From Camelus dromedarius (taxonomy: Eukaryota), in contig NC_087437.1 of NCBI RefSeq assembly GCF_036321535.1, forward strand, positions 105,836,001-105,900,000: 64,000 nucleotides of DNA, given 5' to 3'. Under the pieces are notes generated by a model. It saw only the letters and a list, made by a program, of their open reading frames with translations, was not told the DNA's origin and did no database searches. Positions 36,571-49,995 of the stretch are shown piece by piece (position 1 is the stretch's first letter; each line of letters begins with the position of its first letter). A program made the translations under genes and the position numbers.

Positions 36571-39289
36571 GGGGTGGCTACTTAACCAAACACATCAGTA
36601 GTTGCCAGCAATGTGTGTAGGGCAACAACCCTTGTTTTAGTTTCTAGCAGCTTTGCTTTGTTGCAGAAGGTATAGTTATCCCTTTAAATTTTGCAGTTGA
36701 AAAGGACAATACTGTGGGAGTGACAAGCCTCGTCTGTCTTCTCGAGTGGAAATTGGAAGTTGTTTTGGGGACAGGCTCCCCCTTAACACCAGAAGGGACC
36801 ACCTAGGTAGGCACAATTAGTCAGCTGCTTGTAATGGACGTAGTCATTATTCATGCGGAGGTCTTAAACCACTGCTAGGTAAAAGTGTTGTCAGCTCCTG
36901 AGTTTGCTAGTGTCGGCCCTGGACAACATAACATGTCACGTGGGTGGCATGGGTAGTGACTGAAGGAAGAGATGCTTCCACAAGCAGTAATTCAGGGACA
37001 GAATAAAGGGACAAATAAAATAGGATTTGTTTGGGAATAGAAAGTTTTCATTAATTTATCTGAGTCTGGGGGTTGAAGCCTAGACTCCAAGAATGGCAAA
37101 ATGGTTGAAAGAGGCTCCTGAGAAAGGTGATCATGGTACAGGTGGAAAGGAAAAGAGGGGCAAGGGGCACCCAGAAGAAATCAGGAATCCTGTAAAGGAG
37201 AATGGGTACCCCCAAGGAGCAGTGATAACTGTTAACATTTGTTCTTACTTATGTTTTTAATATTTTGCTTTGCAACCCCATTCAACTCTTCTGGGTTTCT
37301 TTCTGAATGCTACTTGGCAGGTTTAGCTTCCTTGGCTTTTTGTTTTGAAGAATGGTGTCTCTGAGCACGTTACCAGGGAGGATGGAGGTTGCGACCCTGC
37401 ATGTGATATAGTGTATGGAGGATAATTTCCTAGACAGTAGATTATGAGAGGACAAATCCTGGTCACCAGAGTGCTCAGAACAGGAATCTCAAGCAAGAGA
37501 TGACAAGCAGCCACTTAGGAAGGATTTGTTGGGCATTTAAGGATCCCTGAACTATCCAAACTTACCAAGGACAGGATCCCACAAAGGCAAGGATTTACTG
37601 CCATCAGCAGGAAGGTGGCTCAGGCTGTGTTATGTGATGGCTGCGTTAAAAAAGGAAAGGTGATCCCTGAAGACATGAGAATTTGGGAGCATTCGGGTTC
37701 CATCCTAGAAAGATGTTAACATTAGACAGGAAGAGTGAAACTCAGGCAACCATTTATCCCCAGAGCTCTCCCAAGATTGGGGGTATTTCCCAGATACACA
37801 AGCATCACAGATTTCTCTATTCTTGTTGAGATTACTTTACTAAAGAGCTATTAAGACTATTCACTTAATATGTAGTTCATTTTATTTACTGACCAACATG
37901 CTAATCCAAAATACTATTGTTTATTTGGATTAAAAAGATTATGAATGGAGAAAAACTTTTCAAGCCAACTACCAATTTAAGGCTTTTGGATTGTACTTGA
38001 TCTTGAGTTTTCATCATGTTGTACACTTTTTCTTTTCTCTCTTTTTATTTTTATTTTCTGTGAGATCATATCGAAGTTAACAAAAGACTTCATTTGAACT
38101 CCCATTGAAAGTGACTGGAAGCTCAGAAAACATCCTCAGACAGATAAGAAATTTCCTTTGCCTTATGCAGAGACATAACTGTATGTCATTTGTGTTTTTT
38201 TTATTGTTATGGGCTTTTTTCTTTATTCCCCTTTTACCCTGTGATACTGTCAGTTCTGCTTCAGATTCCAAATCCCGTTTTTCTTGACATTTTCAGCGGC
38301 TCATGCTTCCCTGCAACAGGCAAGGAACCTGAAGGAAACTGAGAATGTGGGAACAATAGGAACCTGGGAATAAGCCATTGATACCAAATCATGTTTTTAT
38401 ATACCAATGCAGCAATAAAGCAGCATCATTCCAGGAAGGCAGGTTGTTACTTCTATTCAGTCTCAAAGAGTGTTAAGTCACCTGAGAGAATAACTTATCT
38501 TTAATGAAAAAACATACAACACAATGCTTTTGTTTGGTTTGGTTTACAAATTTCCTTCTCCAGTAAATCATTAATTAGATGTTAATAAAATGTTTAAAAA
38601 CTTTCAACATGACCTGCTAGTTAAGAAGACAATCATCATGAAATATACATATAACGGTGCATTTTTATATGGTTTCATTGAATAGTTTGATAACCTGGCC
38701 AACACAAAATTTGAAAGTTATTTCTGTATCACTGCTTAATTCCTTCATCTGCTCTTCATGTAGTAAGGAAATTTAACACACTTTCTTATTCTGTAAGGAA
38801 ATAGCAGAATAAATCTGTTTAAAATATCTATATTTTTAAGTTTGGACTCCGCATTTATTTCCTTTTGCTTCAAAATGCTTATATTTTAAATTCTTTAAGG
38901 ATAGCAATGAGAAAGAAGCAATTTTACATCAATAGACTCTACGCTTTGTTTGCTTAACGTTGATTTAAAAATTCACAGCAAATGCAAAAGAACAAAAATT
39001 TTGGCACTCATGGGTAATAGAAAGTTGGTATTTGTACCGGATGTGATTTGCTGTCTCTGTAAGTCTTTCCCTCATGCTTTCTTGCCTAGCAGAGCAGCAG
39101 TGTGGATCAAATGACCACTTCTGCCTTCTACTGGGCCATGTCCTTATGGAAGTTAGTCTATCCTCAGCCTGACCAATCCTATCTTAGAAGTTCCACTGTC
39201 CTTGAGAATAATTTATCTAAAAATTGATGTGTGATTTTTTTTCCTATTGAAATAAGTCATTTTGGGGAGCTGTTTGATTTAGAAAAAAA

Positions 39290-39560
39290 AAGGGATGTTT
39301 GATAAGAATTCTTTTTCCTGCCCCTGCATAAGACTCTAAGGGGCGGTAAAGGCTGGAGCTGTGGCAGCCAAATTATGACCATGAGGGAACAAGCTTGCCA
39401 TTAAAACTGGAGTTCTGAGGACAGCTGAGCCTTTGGTAATACTGTCAAGCAGTTGAACTAACCAGCCCTGCAATTGTTCTTTTCAGGGTTTCATGTTCTA
39501 TAAGATAATAAACTCCAGTTAAGCTATGTTAGACTTTCTGTTATTTGAAATGAACATCCT
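39290..39560 (+). mobile_element. old MLT1 (J/K-type) MaLR LTR, 3' part
   Basis: GGCTGGAGCTGTGGCAGCCAAATTATGACCATGAGGG...AAGATAATAAACTCC...CTTTCTGTTATTTG. Confidence 0.65.
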
Positions 39561-39570
39561 TATGGAAACT

Positions 39571-39680
39571 TATATACATATACATGTATATGTACATAGA
39601 AACATATATAAATACAAATAAGTGAAAAAATATAATATTTATGTATATACAAAATATACATATGTATATACAGTATATAT
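39571..39680. repeat. TA/TACA low-complexity tract
   Basis: Read directly from the sequence. Confidence 0.8.
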
Positions 39681-40937
39681 TTCTCATGATTTCAAAGAAG
39701 CCATATCTGGTTATGAACTGTATTCCTCCACTTCAAACTGCAATTAGAACAATTTACTGGAGTGTGAAGCAAAGGTATCAAACTCGAATGTGCAGACAAA
39801 TTTACTTTCTAACTTAAAGTTAAGCTCAACAACATATTTGTTGACCAACTCCCTCTCAGTGAACTGGAATATTCTGCAGACCACATTGAACTTCAGGTCA
39901 CACAGCTCAGAGTAAATGTTGACTGCACTGAAATACAACAATCTAGCCCCTATATAATTTGTAATGTCCTTTTGTTTCTGTTATCGTTGTAGTAGTTTTT
40001 ATTTCTAAGTACAACATATTTCAAAAGTGTTCTTTTCTTTCTGGAGTGTTTTCAGTGCAGTTTCATATGTCTACTGAAAATCAGGTGTGGAGGAAAAAAA
40101 ATTGGCCGAATTCAGAATTTTCCTGAAGGTATACATTAAATGATTAATTTGAAATCATATTTACTAGATTCAAATACATATTTCATATGTTTTAATAGCT
40201 TAGCATCATCTTTTTAAATTTTGGGGGCATTTCAGACTGAAATGAAAACTTCAGAAGTGTTATTGATCTTTTCATATCACATCACAATCACATGGATTGT
40301 GGACCAGAAAAACGACTGGCAATCAAGTGCCAGTTTAGAGTAATCTGAGAAAATAAAGTTTGGTCAAAGTCTGCAAATGGAGAGAATCAGAATTCCCAAG
40401 GAGGGCTCTTAGACATAACACCCTTGGACTGCAATTCCAGAAGCCATTACACTTATAGATGTGGCCCGACCCAAATGAGCACTCTTAGGAGGGTCACCTC
40501 CATAGACTGTAGCTCTGCCAATCCTTGCTTTTAGTGACAGAGTGTTGCATTCCCTCACAGATTAAAACAAAATTTTTTCCAAGAACCCAAGAAGATCATA
40601 TGCCTCAGGTACGCTCTACTGTCTCATTTTTTGTAGACTAATAAATAATTCCTATGAGCCTCCTAACTTTCCATGGACCCAAAATGTTCTTGTTTCTTAA
40701 GATGAACTTAGAAAGAGCTGCCTCGCCAGCTACTGAAGTTGCCAGATTTCAGGTTTCACATAGTGTTCAGAAGTCAACTAACAGTTGGTCCTCAAGAATC
40801 CAGTGTTTACAAAACAGTGATACAAAACAATCAAATTTGTATGATTCTCTGACTAAATGTGACATGTTTACTTTGATTAATACCGCCCCTGCATGTTAAA
40901 AGGTTTATCACACTCAGAGTGTTTGACTTTTTGTAGA

Positions 40938-41065
40938 GTTCATTCATTCACTCATTCATAGATCAACAATATTTATTGACTTTTCCATGTGCCAGAAACC
41001 AGTAGTATACTAGTAGATAGGAAAGATATATGATCTCTGCCCTCAAAGTTTACTGTCCACTGAAA
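40938..41065 (-). mobile_element. L2 LINE 3' terminus
   Basis: TTCATTCATTCACTCATTCA...AATATTTATTGAC...ATGTGCCAG...GATCTCTGCCCTCAAAG. Confidence 0.7.
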
Positions 41066-41084
41066 GTGATAAGAATTCACATCC

Positions 41085-41320
41085 ATGTAAAGTCTATTAC
41101 TGGTTTATAGCATGCACTGGTCTAAGCTCTTTACATAAAGCTTCTGCTTTATCCTTTCAAACAATTTCTGTATTATAATTATTGTCAATCATATGTTATA
41201 AATGAAAAAAAAGGCAAAAAAGCTTACAAACCTTAGATAACCCAGACAGATTCACCAAGCCAATAAAGCACAGAATTAAAACTTGAATTCATTTTACCAC
41301 AACGTCCGTGTTTTTCAGCA
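41085..41320 (-). mobile_element. MIR SINE remnant
   Basis: GCACTGGTCTAAGCTCTTTACAT...TATAAATGAAAAAA...CAGAATTAAAACTTGAATTCA. Confidence 0.45.
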
Positions 41321-41344
41321 AAAACAATGGCTCTGATTATACGA

Positions 41345-41741
41345 TCATTCATTCAGCAAATATTGAGCATCAACTAAATACCAGACATTTTAATGGAAAC
41401 TGGGAAAAGAGAAGAGGAGAAGACAAAGTCGTTGCTCCTACAAAGCCAACTTTCTCATAGAAAAGACAGACCATTGAACAAGTGAACCAGTAAATAATTT
41501 AATACAAAGCAGAAATAAGTGCTGTAAAGTGCATCAGGCGAGACGAGTGCATAGAGGGGAAGGGAATGGTTGACAGGAAAGTCCTCTGTGAGGAGGCGAC
41601 ACAGGAGAAGAGACATGAACGATCTAAAGGAGCAATCTACACAAAGACTGGGGAGAAGCAATTCAATGTCCAGAAGAAGGAAGAGCCAACACAAAGACCC
41701 TGAGATGGGAGCAAGTTTATTGTGCTTAAGGAGCACCAAGA
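41345..41741 (-). mobile_element. L2a-type LINE 3' region
   Basis: CATTCATTCAGCAAATATTGAGCA...GGAAAGTCCTCTGTGAGGAGGCGACA...CAAAGACCCTGAGATGGGAGCAAG. Confidence 0.85.
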
Positions 41742-41830
41742 ACAGGGGTAGGCAAACAATGTTCCTCAGGCCAAATCTAGCCCAGGTCGGTTTTGTAGAG
41801 TCCATGAATTAAGAATAGATTTTATGGTTT
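41742..41830 (+). mobile_element. MER58-type hAT MITE, 5' fragment
   Basis: CAGGGGTAGGCAAAC...GGCCAAATCTAGCCC...GTTTTGTA...TAAGAATAGATTTTA matches the MER58B left end. Confidence 0.7.
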
Positions 41831-43189
41831 AAGATGCTGCAATTGGAGTCTTAAAACTAAATGGCCAGTGAAAGGAAAGAAACCATGAGAGTCTTTCATG
41901 AAGAAAAAGTGCCAAATGCTTCTTGGAAAATAGGGGATATGATCATTCTTAAACTTTAAAACATTGTCTTTTTTATTCATTATTATTTTTTCATCATGAT
42001 GCTGTTTTTCTTCTTCCTAATAAAGAAGATCTTAAATCAACTTTTTAAAAATATTACACTTTAGTGAGCATAAACTACTCAGCCAGGCCAGAAAATATTA
42101 CTCTATGATTTCAGGAGATTCAGAAATTTGTCTTTTACCTAACTATACAGAGAACAAAAAAATAAATACATACGTAGAGTATGTCTAGGTTTCCATTCAA
42201 CAATCAAATCACCTCTTGATTAAAGGACATTGTTTAGAAAACATAGTAAGGAAAAAAATGACTCAATTTGCTGTGCAGATGCAACAGCCTGGAGACATGC
42301 GCATTGCATAGCTAGCACATTTTTACTCGTACTTTGCCAAGAATCCAAAAACTAAAGAAGTAATTAAAGACATGGAATCCATGAATAGGCCCCTCTGCTA
42401 TTTACAGCCCTTATTGGTCCATAACCTCAGTGAAGGTCACTATCACTCCTAAGGGGTCCTGGTTAATGTGCTATTGGGTAAGGAACTAAGGAGACTGTAA
42501 AATAAATAATCTATGATTTAATGGAATTTGAAGAATTTACCAACTCTGTATTTTGTAGCGGAGTTTAAAAACATAAGATCTTTTATCCCCTTGTTGTAAC
42601 TTTGAGTTTTATGGAGAAAAATATATTAATTTGTGGGGCTTTGCTTCATTTGGATCTGAAAATTTATTCAGTTTTCAAGATCATTTAAATCACTAACTGT
42701 AACTTTCAAGTGGCTTGCCATGTTCATTGGTATTTTCTCCGCATTAAATGGTTTCTATCATTTATAAATATTTAAAGGAAGAAAAACAGCTAACTTTCAT
42801 GGTTGCTTTATAGCCAAGAGAATGAACTATGTAATATTTAATGGTTCATTGTGCTACAAATACTGCCTGATAGAAACTCCTCTCTTCAGTGTGTTTCACT
42901 CAGTCTGTGGCAATTATAAAATTGTATCAGATAAACGTTAGATTAGTTAAAAATAGTCTCTTGTAAAACAACTGTCATGCAAATGATTTTCTAGAAAAAT
43001 CAAAGGTGTACTATTATTATTAAACAAAATAGAAAAACATCGCTTAAATCAAGATAAATTCCACTTATTGTTTCTACCCATCACAGGAAAGGATGTATAT
43101 TCAATGGAGATCTCTGTTCTCTTCAGATCTGCATTTATTATTGTCTAGAACCTTCTGATACATAGAGTGGAACTCAGCTTTCCACACTG

Positions 43190-43620
43190 ATTGATTCAAT
43201 TCTAAGAGGCAAACTCCGTACTAGGTGTTGGGTAATTAGAAACAAAAATTTCAGTTCCTGCCCTGGAAGAATTTACATTCCAGTAGGGAAAACACACAAG
43301 CAAGCAGGGTCACCTAACCCGGAACAGAAGCTCACACAATACGTCCCAAAGAAGGAGGTTTGGAGCTGGTCCACTCATCTCAAGGGCTGAAGTAAACAGA
43401 AATAACTGCTCTTTATTGAGACTACTGAAATGCCAGGCACACAGACACCTTGCTGAGTGTTCTACACACATGAGTACTAATCCACAAGCCAGCTTTTGGT
43501 TTATGCATATGAGGTCCTAGAGGAATAAAATATTTCATGTTTCACTCAAGGTTATATATATATGGAATCATACATTCAGATTCAACAGCCCTTTAAAACA
43601 TCATCCCACTCATGTCTGCT
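43190..43620 (-). mobile_element. L2 fragment followed by MIR fragment
   Basis: GTACTAGGTGTTGGG...GTTCCTGCCCTGGAAGAATTTACATTCCAGTAGGG (L2); TTTATTGAG...TGCCAGGCAC...CACTCAAGGTTATA (MIR). Confidence 0.55.
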
Positions 43621-44634
43621 TGGTTTAAAAACCACTCTCTCCACTAAAGCACAATGTCCCCCATTGCTGTTTCAGTTTATTTCTTTCAACAAAAACAATG
43701 TAAAAAGATACAGCATAATTTAAACATCTGTCTAAGAGTTTAAATCTCTTGTCTTTTTCAGGATAACTATTAGTCTTTCATAAAAGCCTTTCTCCATCTA
43801 TATTCTGACCATAATAAATACTCAAACACCCCGTGTAGGCAACATTTACAAAATAAGGAGGATTAATTTCAAAAGCAGGGTGTATTATAATTAATCTTTA
43901 GACTAGAAATATCTCTCTCTGATTTTAATTCTCCATAATTCTATCAAGACAACTACTTTGACAATTTCTCATTCTCTGATGAAGTTAAGTAGCTTCATCT
44001 TGAGGGCAAATTGTGGATTCATGTCACTCACAATCAGGCCTGTGTCTTGGGTAGTCTGGGGCAATTGTGTAACCCTCCAGTAGATCACCCTGGGCCCCTA
44101 GCTTGCAGGATATTGGGGACAGAGGGCATTGTAAGTTCTGTCTCCTCCATGAATATCACTAAAGTTCAATTATGAAATTTTCATCTTTTATAATACTCTG
44201 TGGGGCATTTCAAAGCTGTGACCATGCAGATCTACACATAACACATTGATTTTCCAGACTGTGCCTTATGCCAATTCAGTTCTCTCAGCTTCTGTATAGA
44301 TCTCCAGGAACAAAGCAGATCACAGATGTTCAAAGCTTGAGAATCCTCCTATTTTATGAAGATTCAAAGAAGAGATTTCATTTTATTTATTTTTGTATCC
44401 TTAAAGGGTGATATAAAGTGTGACACTTGGTAGATAATCAGTAACTGTCCATTTAGTGGAAATTGATGAAATAGCTCAATTTTTATCATCCAATTACAGT
44501 GGCCCCTACAGAAAGATTCAGAGCGAACAGACCTCCTGGAATTCTAATATGCTGACAACATCCTCTCTTTCCTAGAAATCCATGGATGTGAACAACAATG
44601 CTGTAAGCTAAAGTTATCAAGAATAATAAAAAGC

Positions 44635-44820
44635 AATAATAACCTATTATATGTCAGGTATCTAATAACTCATGCAATCTTTATGATAGCACAATAGCGA
44701 ATATGATCAGTATAGAGAAGAAGGAATGTAGCCCAAGGCAGTTATGTAAACTTGCTCAAGGTCCTACAGTGACAAAATGTGGGATCAGAATTTGAATTCA
44801 ACATCCTGGTTTGAAAATCC
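44635..44820 (-). mobile_element. MIR SINE remnant
   Basis: GCCCAAGGCAGTTATGTAAACTTGCTCAAGGTCCTACAG...CAGAATTTGAATTCA. Confidence 0.6.
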
Positions 44821-46613
44821 AAGGTGAGGTGAATTGGGAAATTTTAAAAAACTTTCCCAAACATAGAGGGGTCACAAGTAGAGAGTGTCTCCTTCCATTA
44901 CTCCAGGAGGATTTTTGGACAAACCAAAACTGGAGAATTAGTGGTATTATATAGTTGTAGAAATAGTTTTAAGCCATTGAATATCAACTCTTCACTAATA
45001 AAATGTTGATGCTATCATTAAATAATGCCATATCTTTTGAAAGATTAATGTTTTTTCAGAAATGTAACCATATATAATAATTTAATATATTTTATATTTG
45101 ATATATTAGATATGAAATATATCATTGAAAGAATGATGCTGAAGCCCAGCCTTGAAGTCCAAATGCCTACTGATCTATAGTCTGTTATAAACTACATGTA
45201 AAAGACCAACAGCTGAATCATTCACAAAATACACAACATAGTCCTTTGACTGCAGGCATCTTTACAATCAATTCAGCCAACGTGGAAAGACTCATCAATC
45301 AATCAGCCAGACAGTTAATCAAAACACACACTGGAAGGTCTATCAAGTCAAGGTTCTGAAAGGAATTTAACTTTGATTATTTGAACACTAAAGATGCCTG
45401 GATTTTAAGAGTTGAGTTGCTTCCAAATAGAAGATGGAGTTATCTTTTTTTTCTGTGAAATAGATTGTCCCAACTTATTCAAAATGGGGTCAGCCAATCA
45501 ATCAACTTTCTGAAAAAGCAATTTGTTCTAAATGTTTACAAATAACCAAGTTTAAAAGGGAGACAGTGCAATAACAGTGTTCAGTTTGTTCTTTTAAAGT
45601 TTCTACAGAAATGTGTTACATGTAGAGAGATGAGAACTTTCAGTGACTCCAAACCACTAAAGAGCAATTATATATTAAGGAAGAAATAAGATGAGGCAAA
45701 ATTTTACTGGCCAATTTGACTTCGCCTCCTGTGATAAGCACAAATTCAAGCAGCAAAATGTGTGCTTCTATCTGAAGTTTCAAACTTTTGAGTATCTCTT
45801 TCCTAGAGCAATCTCCAAAGCTTGACTACAAGCTATAGAGTTGGAACAACAACAAAAAAAAATCGACTTCATCATCTCTTACAAACTCACATCAGATAAA
45901 TCTTTTTTTTATAACAAAGATCTTTGTTTTCAATTAGTCACTGAGACCACAGACATTTATAAATACCTGTGTAAATAGCTCTAAACTCCATTGCCTGTCA
46001 CTTCTAATAAGGACAATTTGCATTCCTAATATCAGCTGAATAAGTATGCCCAAACTGTAGGATATTCAGAAATTAGAGATTGAGATTGCACAAAATTTTT
46101 AAAAGGTAATTAATGTGAAAAACAAAATATAAGCATTGCAAAACAATTCAATTTCATTATTTAAAAAACGTTTGGATAACTTACTTTTTGCAGCTTAATT
46201 ACATTAACCTGTGACAGATTCCAATTTATTTCTCAAAATAATCTTGCAAAGCTAGCTTAGGAATCAATCAAAAAAGGAAAGAAACTGGAACTTAGGCTGT
46301 ATGTGGGTAAATCTTCTCACCCCCACATTCTTTTTTTTTTCTGAATTTTCACCATCCAGTTTTACTACAGCATTAATTTTATGCATGGAATAGGTTGCAT
46401 TTTCCAAAATCCTAGGGATCATCACTCTCTGCAGAGAGAACAGGAAATTGCCTAATTGTTCGACTCTGACTCAGGCTTTGGGGACGAATATCTGGGCCGT
46501 GGGCTTTCCCTCAGGTTATCTCTCTTCTTATCTTCTTTCCTGTTTCACAGAGTGAAAAATAGAATGAAAGAAACAATAAGATATATTGTGTATACACACT
46601 ATATATGTATATA

Positions 46614-46635
46614 GTGTGTGTGTGTGTGTGTGTGT
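46614..46635. repeat. (GT)11 microsatellite
   Basis: Read directly from the sequence. Confidence 0.95.
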
Positions 46636-47059
46636 ACACAGAATAGTAAACAAAGTCACTGAGGATCAGGCTTGTTTCTCGGTCTAAAACCAATGGAATA
46701 AAAAGACCATGTCTAGAGCCCCAAGCTTCAGAGGGAAGATATTGAGTTTCAGTCTTGGTGTGGAGCTCACTGAGGACTGATGAGTGGCCTCTTGAGGGAA
46801 AGACTGAGGCAAAATAGCCTTCCTCCACACCTCATGCCTCCAAGAGAAGAGGAACCTATAATCAAGCAACAGTGTACTCATCTATCCCTGTCAGCCGGTG
46901 CAGACACCCACCCCTCCCCCGGACTAGATCCATTCACCTCTGCCCTCCTGGTAGCACCAAAAGGAGTTTCCCAGGCATCTCTAGCTCCCTTCCCATCAGG
47001 AGTGAGCCCCTCTCTCATTGGTTCCTGTCCGGAGTGAGCCTTTCTCTCATTGATTCCTC

Positions 47060-47190
47060 AATCTGCCGCAGTTTCCTGACTTTGGAGAAGTTAATTACCC
47101 TCTCTGTGCCTCAGGGTCACCAACAGCAGAATAAGAATAATAATACCACCAACTTCATAGACAATATAATACCTGTAAAGCTTTTCAAAT
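47060..47190 (+). mobile_element. MIR SINE remnant
   Basis: TGACTTTGGAGAAGTTAATTACCCTCTCTGTGCCTCAG...ATAATAATACCACCAACTTCATAG. Confidence 0.7.
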
Positions 47191-47234
47191 AATACCATCG
47201 TATGAAAAATTATAATACATGTTAGGTTTTGATA

Positions 47235-47460
47235 CTTTAGCGTTTTACCCTTTCCAAAGCACCGTACATGCATTATTAATCTGATTATCACAGCCACACT
47301 GTAACAAGTCAATGAGGTGAGTATCTGCCCCATTGGCCGTAAAGAAAATGACTCAGTTTAGCTGACTGATGTGCCCAAGTTATGATAACTATCAAAGGGC
47401 AGAACCAAGACTGGGCCCAGGTCTACTTACATTTGGTCTAATGCTCTTTCTACATATTAT
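47235..47460 (-). mobile_element. MIR SINE remnant
   Basis: ATGAGGTGAGTATCTGCCCCATT...GTGCCCAAGTT...GGCAGAACCAAGACTGGGCCCAGGTCT. Confidence 0.65.
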
Positions 47461-48094
47461 ACCAACTGAGTTCATTGAAACATTCCTGGAGTTGCCTTGA
47501 AAAGTCTGTGAGACTCCCCACATTTCACCCTCCTGATTCTAGGATGTTGGAGTGCCAGGAAGAGAAGAGGTTTGTTTCTCCAGTAGCTGGTTGTGGATTG
47601 TTTATATTATGCTGTTGCTGCTGCTAATGTTGACAATAAATATTAGTAACTGGTATTACCTGTCACTTAAGGAAAATCAATCATTCCCAGGATTGCATAA
47701 GCAGATGGTTATCCTTCATGGTACTAAATTTTGAGATAGTCTTTCACACAGCAAGAAGAAACAACCTTCATTATCTTCAGTGGCCTTTCTAATCTTATAA
47801 TATTCTGGGAAGTAACTAGATATTTATTTTAAGAAAAAATGAATAACACGGAGCCCAGCCCAGGCTAACATGAGGTGGAAAATGTGAACATGGGCATGTG
47901 GAGGCTGAAAGGAACCTGAGTGAGTGTTTCTACCAGGCAGAAAGCATAGGGATTGCTCTGGATGTTGAAAAGGACAAGTTTATCCAGATCTCCGCGAGAC
48001 ACCTGCTCTTTTGCAGGCCGGACACTTCCTCTGGAGAACAGTCTAAGGGGAACTCTCACTTGGCAGCTCATTGAATCCACTCATAGGAGAAGCA

Positions 48095-48325
48095 AAATTA
48101 GGGATGTGGTTGAAAGCGTGATCTCTAGCATCAGAAGTCTGGGTTCTCTGCCTGGCTTCACCATTTACCAGCTGTGAAATCTTGGCCAAGTTACTTAAAT
48201 TCTCTGCCTCTGAGAGAAATAAAATGGAGCTGCTATCTCATATGAATAATAAATAAGTGAAACTATGCAGCAGTTCACTTGGAAATGTGCCTGCCACTTA
48301 ATAATGTTCAGAAAGTGCTGGCTAT
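48095..48325 (+). mobile_element. MIR SINE
   Basis: GTCTGGGTTCTCTGCCTGGCTTCACCATTTACCAGCTGTGAAATCTTGGCCAAGTTACTTAAATTCTCTG. Confidence 0.8.
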
Positions 48326-49081
48326 TAATATTAATGCAGATTTTCCAGCAGCTGTTGTAGGACCTGCCTGCTCTGCCACTGAGCAACTTGACTCAGCCTT
48401 TCAGCCTCACACCCACAGGCCCACTAGATCCTAAGCTTGTTAAGGACCAATAATCCTTCAGTTACAGAACTCAGCCTACTCACCAGTGCCGTATATTTAG
48501 CCTGTCCTCATTTGTCTCCCAAACTCCTCACTCCTTTATTCTTTGTTTCCAAACATACTAAGACAAATATGTACATATAAAACTATATCCCCCCCTCCAT
48601 CCTTTCTTCCCACATTCAGTTCTCTATGGGACTCCATTCTACTCCTTAACAAACATCATCACTTTCCTGAGCCAATACCCAATCCCTATTAGTGCCCTGT
48701 TGATGGTGTCCTCTGGGGCTGCCACGTAATAATGAATGAATGAACCTTTTTCCTCCATTTTTTTCTTAAATATCCATTTATTTTCTTACTTTTCCAAATG
48801 GCTGCCTTACGCACATTCCTCACCCTCAACCTTCTTCTGCTGTTTCTTTCAATCAGATCGTGAAACTTCTCAAGTCTGCATACCCTAAAAATACTCCCTC
48901 ACGTCTATTACCTTCTGTAGTTAATGTTAGACCATCACATTTCTCAAAAGTGTGGTCTACACTCTTGCCTCCACTTCTTCACCTACAAATACCTTTCCAT
49001 CTGACTTCTATTTTTAATATTTTGGATGCCTCCTTTCAAACACACAAAGTATGAGGCTGTTGATGGGGAAGGGGGCATAGG

Positions 49082-49114
<33 letters not shown>

Positions 49115-49121
49115 TGTGTGT
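49082..49121. repeat. (GT)n microsatellite with one interruption
   Basis: Read directly from the sequence. Confidence 0.95.
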
Positions 49122-49589
49122 TCATACCTTCATGTGTTTTCTTATTCCTCAGCCTCCTAGGTCTTTGTAACATCTGATGTTGTGGCCTCTACATTAACGT
49201 TGAGATGTTGTTTGTGCTCTGTGACACTGAACTTTTCTCTCTCTTTCTGCCTTTCTTACTCAGACTCAAAATGAAGAGATTGCCTTCAATTGGCTCATTT
49301 TCTTGTTTAAATGATTTATTCTTTTGCTGCTACCTCCATTATCATTTTAGGTTATCATTTGTAACTGGCTCGATTTATCTATAGCTTTTGTTCCTAATCA
49401 TTCAGTGTTTAATGCGATTCAGAGATGCCTTCTGTTTGTCTCGTTTGTCACTCCCTCCAGCCTCCTCCTGATGATGTTTGACCCACATGTAGTTATTGAA
49501 TCACATTGTTCTTCTTGACTTGGTCTGAGGCTCCTCTGGGACACACGACCCAGAACTGTCATAACTCCCATCCCAAATTCTTTTCCCCC

Positions 49590-49775
49590 ACTTTATTAAC
49601 GTATAATTGACCAAAAAAAACTATATATTTAAAGTGCTCAATGAGATGATTTAATATATGTATACATTGTGAAATATTTACTGTAATCAAGTTAATTAAC
49701 ATACCTAGCACATTTCACAGGGGAGGTGAAAAGTCTTAAGCTGTACTGTCTTAGCAAATTTCAAGGATAAAACAC
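49590..49775 (-). mobile_element. L1MA-type LINE-1 3' terminus
   Basis: CTTTATTAACGTATAATTGAC...ATATATGTATACATTGTGAAAT...ATCAAGTTAATTAACATA...TCTTAGCAAATTTCAAG. Confidence 0.8.
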
Positions 49776-49838
49776 CAAATTCTGTCACCTCACATCCAGA
49801 ATCCTGACTCTGGGGCCCCAAAGAATGCTTCTTACAGG

Positions 49839-49995
49839 TTTTTTTTTAAATTTTATTGAATTATAGTCAGTTTACAATGTTGTGTCAATTTCCAGTGCAG
49901 AGCACAATTTTTCAGTTATATATGAACATACACATATTCATTGTCACATTCTTTTTCACTGTGAGCTACGACAAGATCTTGTATATATTTCCCTG
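49839..49995 (-). mobile_element. 5'-truncated lineage-specific L1 3' end
   Basis: polyT then TTTTATTGAATTATAGTCAGTTTACAATGTTGTGTCAATTTC; flanked by TGCTTCTTACAGG(TTTTT) at 49826-49838 and 49996-50008. Confidence 0.9.

Noticed and set aside
36087..36620. Cluster of overlapping 76-113 aa ORFs
   Set aside because: All lie mostly within a solo LTR and show no gag/pol/env motifs.
41455..41812. Longest ORF in the track (116 aa)
   Set aside because: It lies within a decayed L2 remnant and has no recognisable domain.
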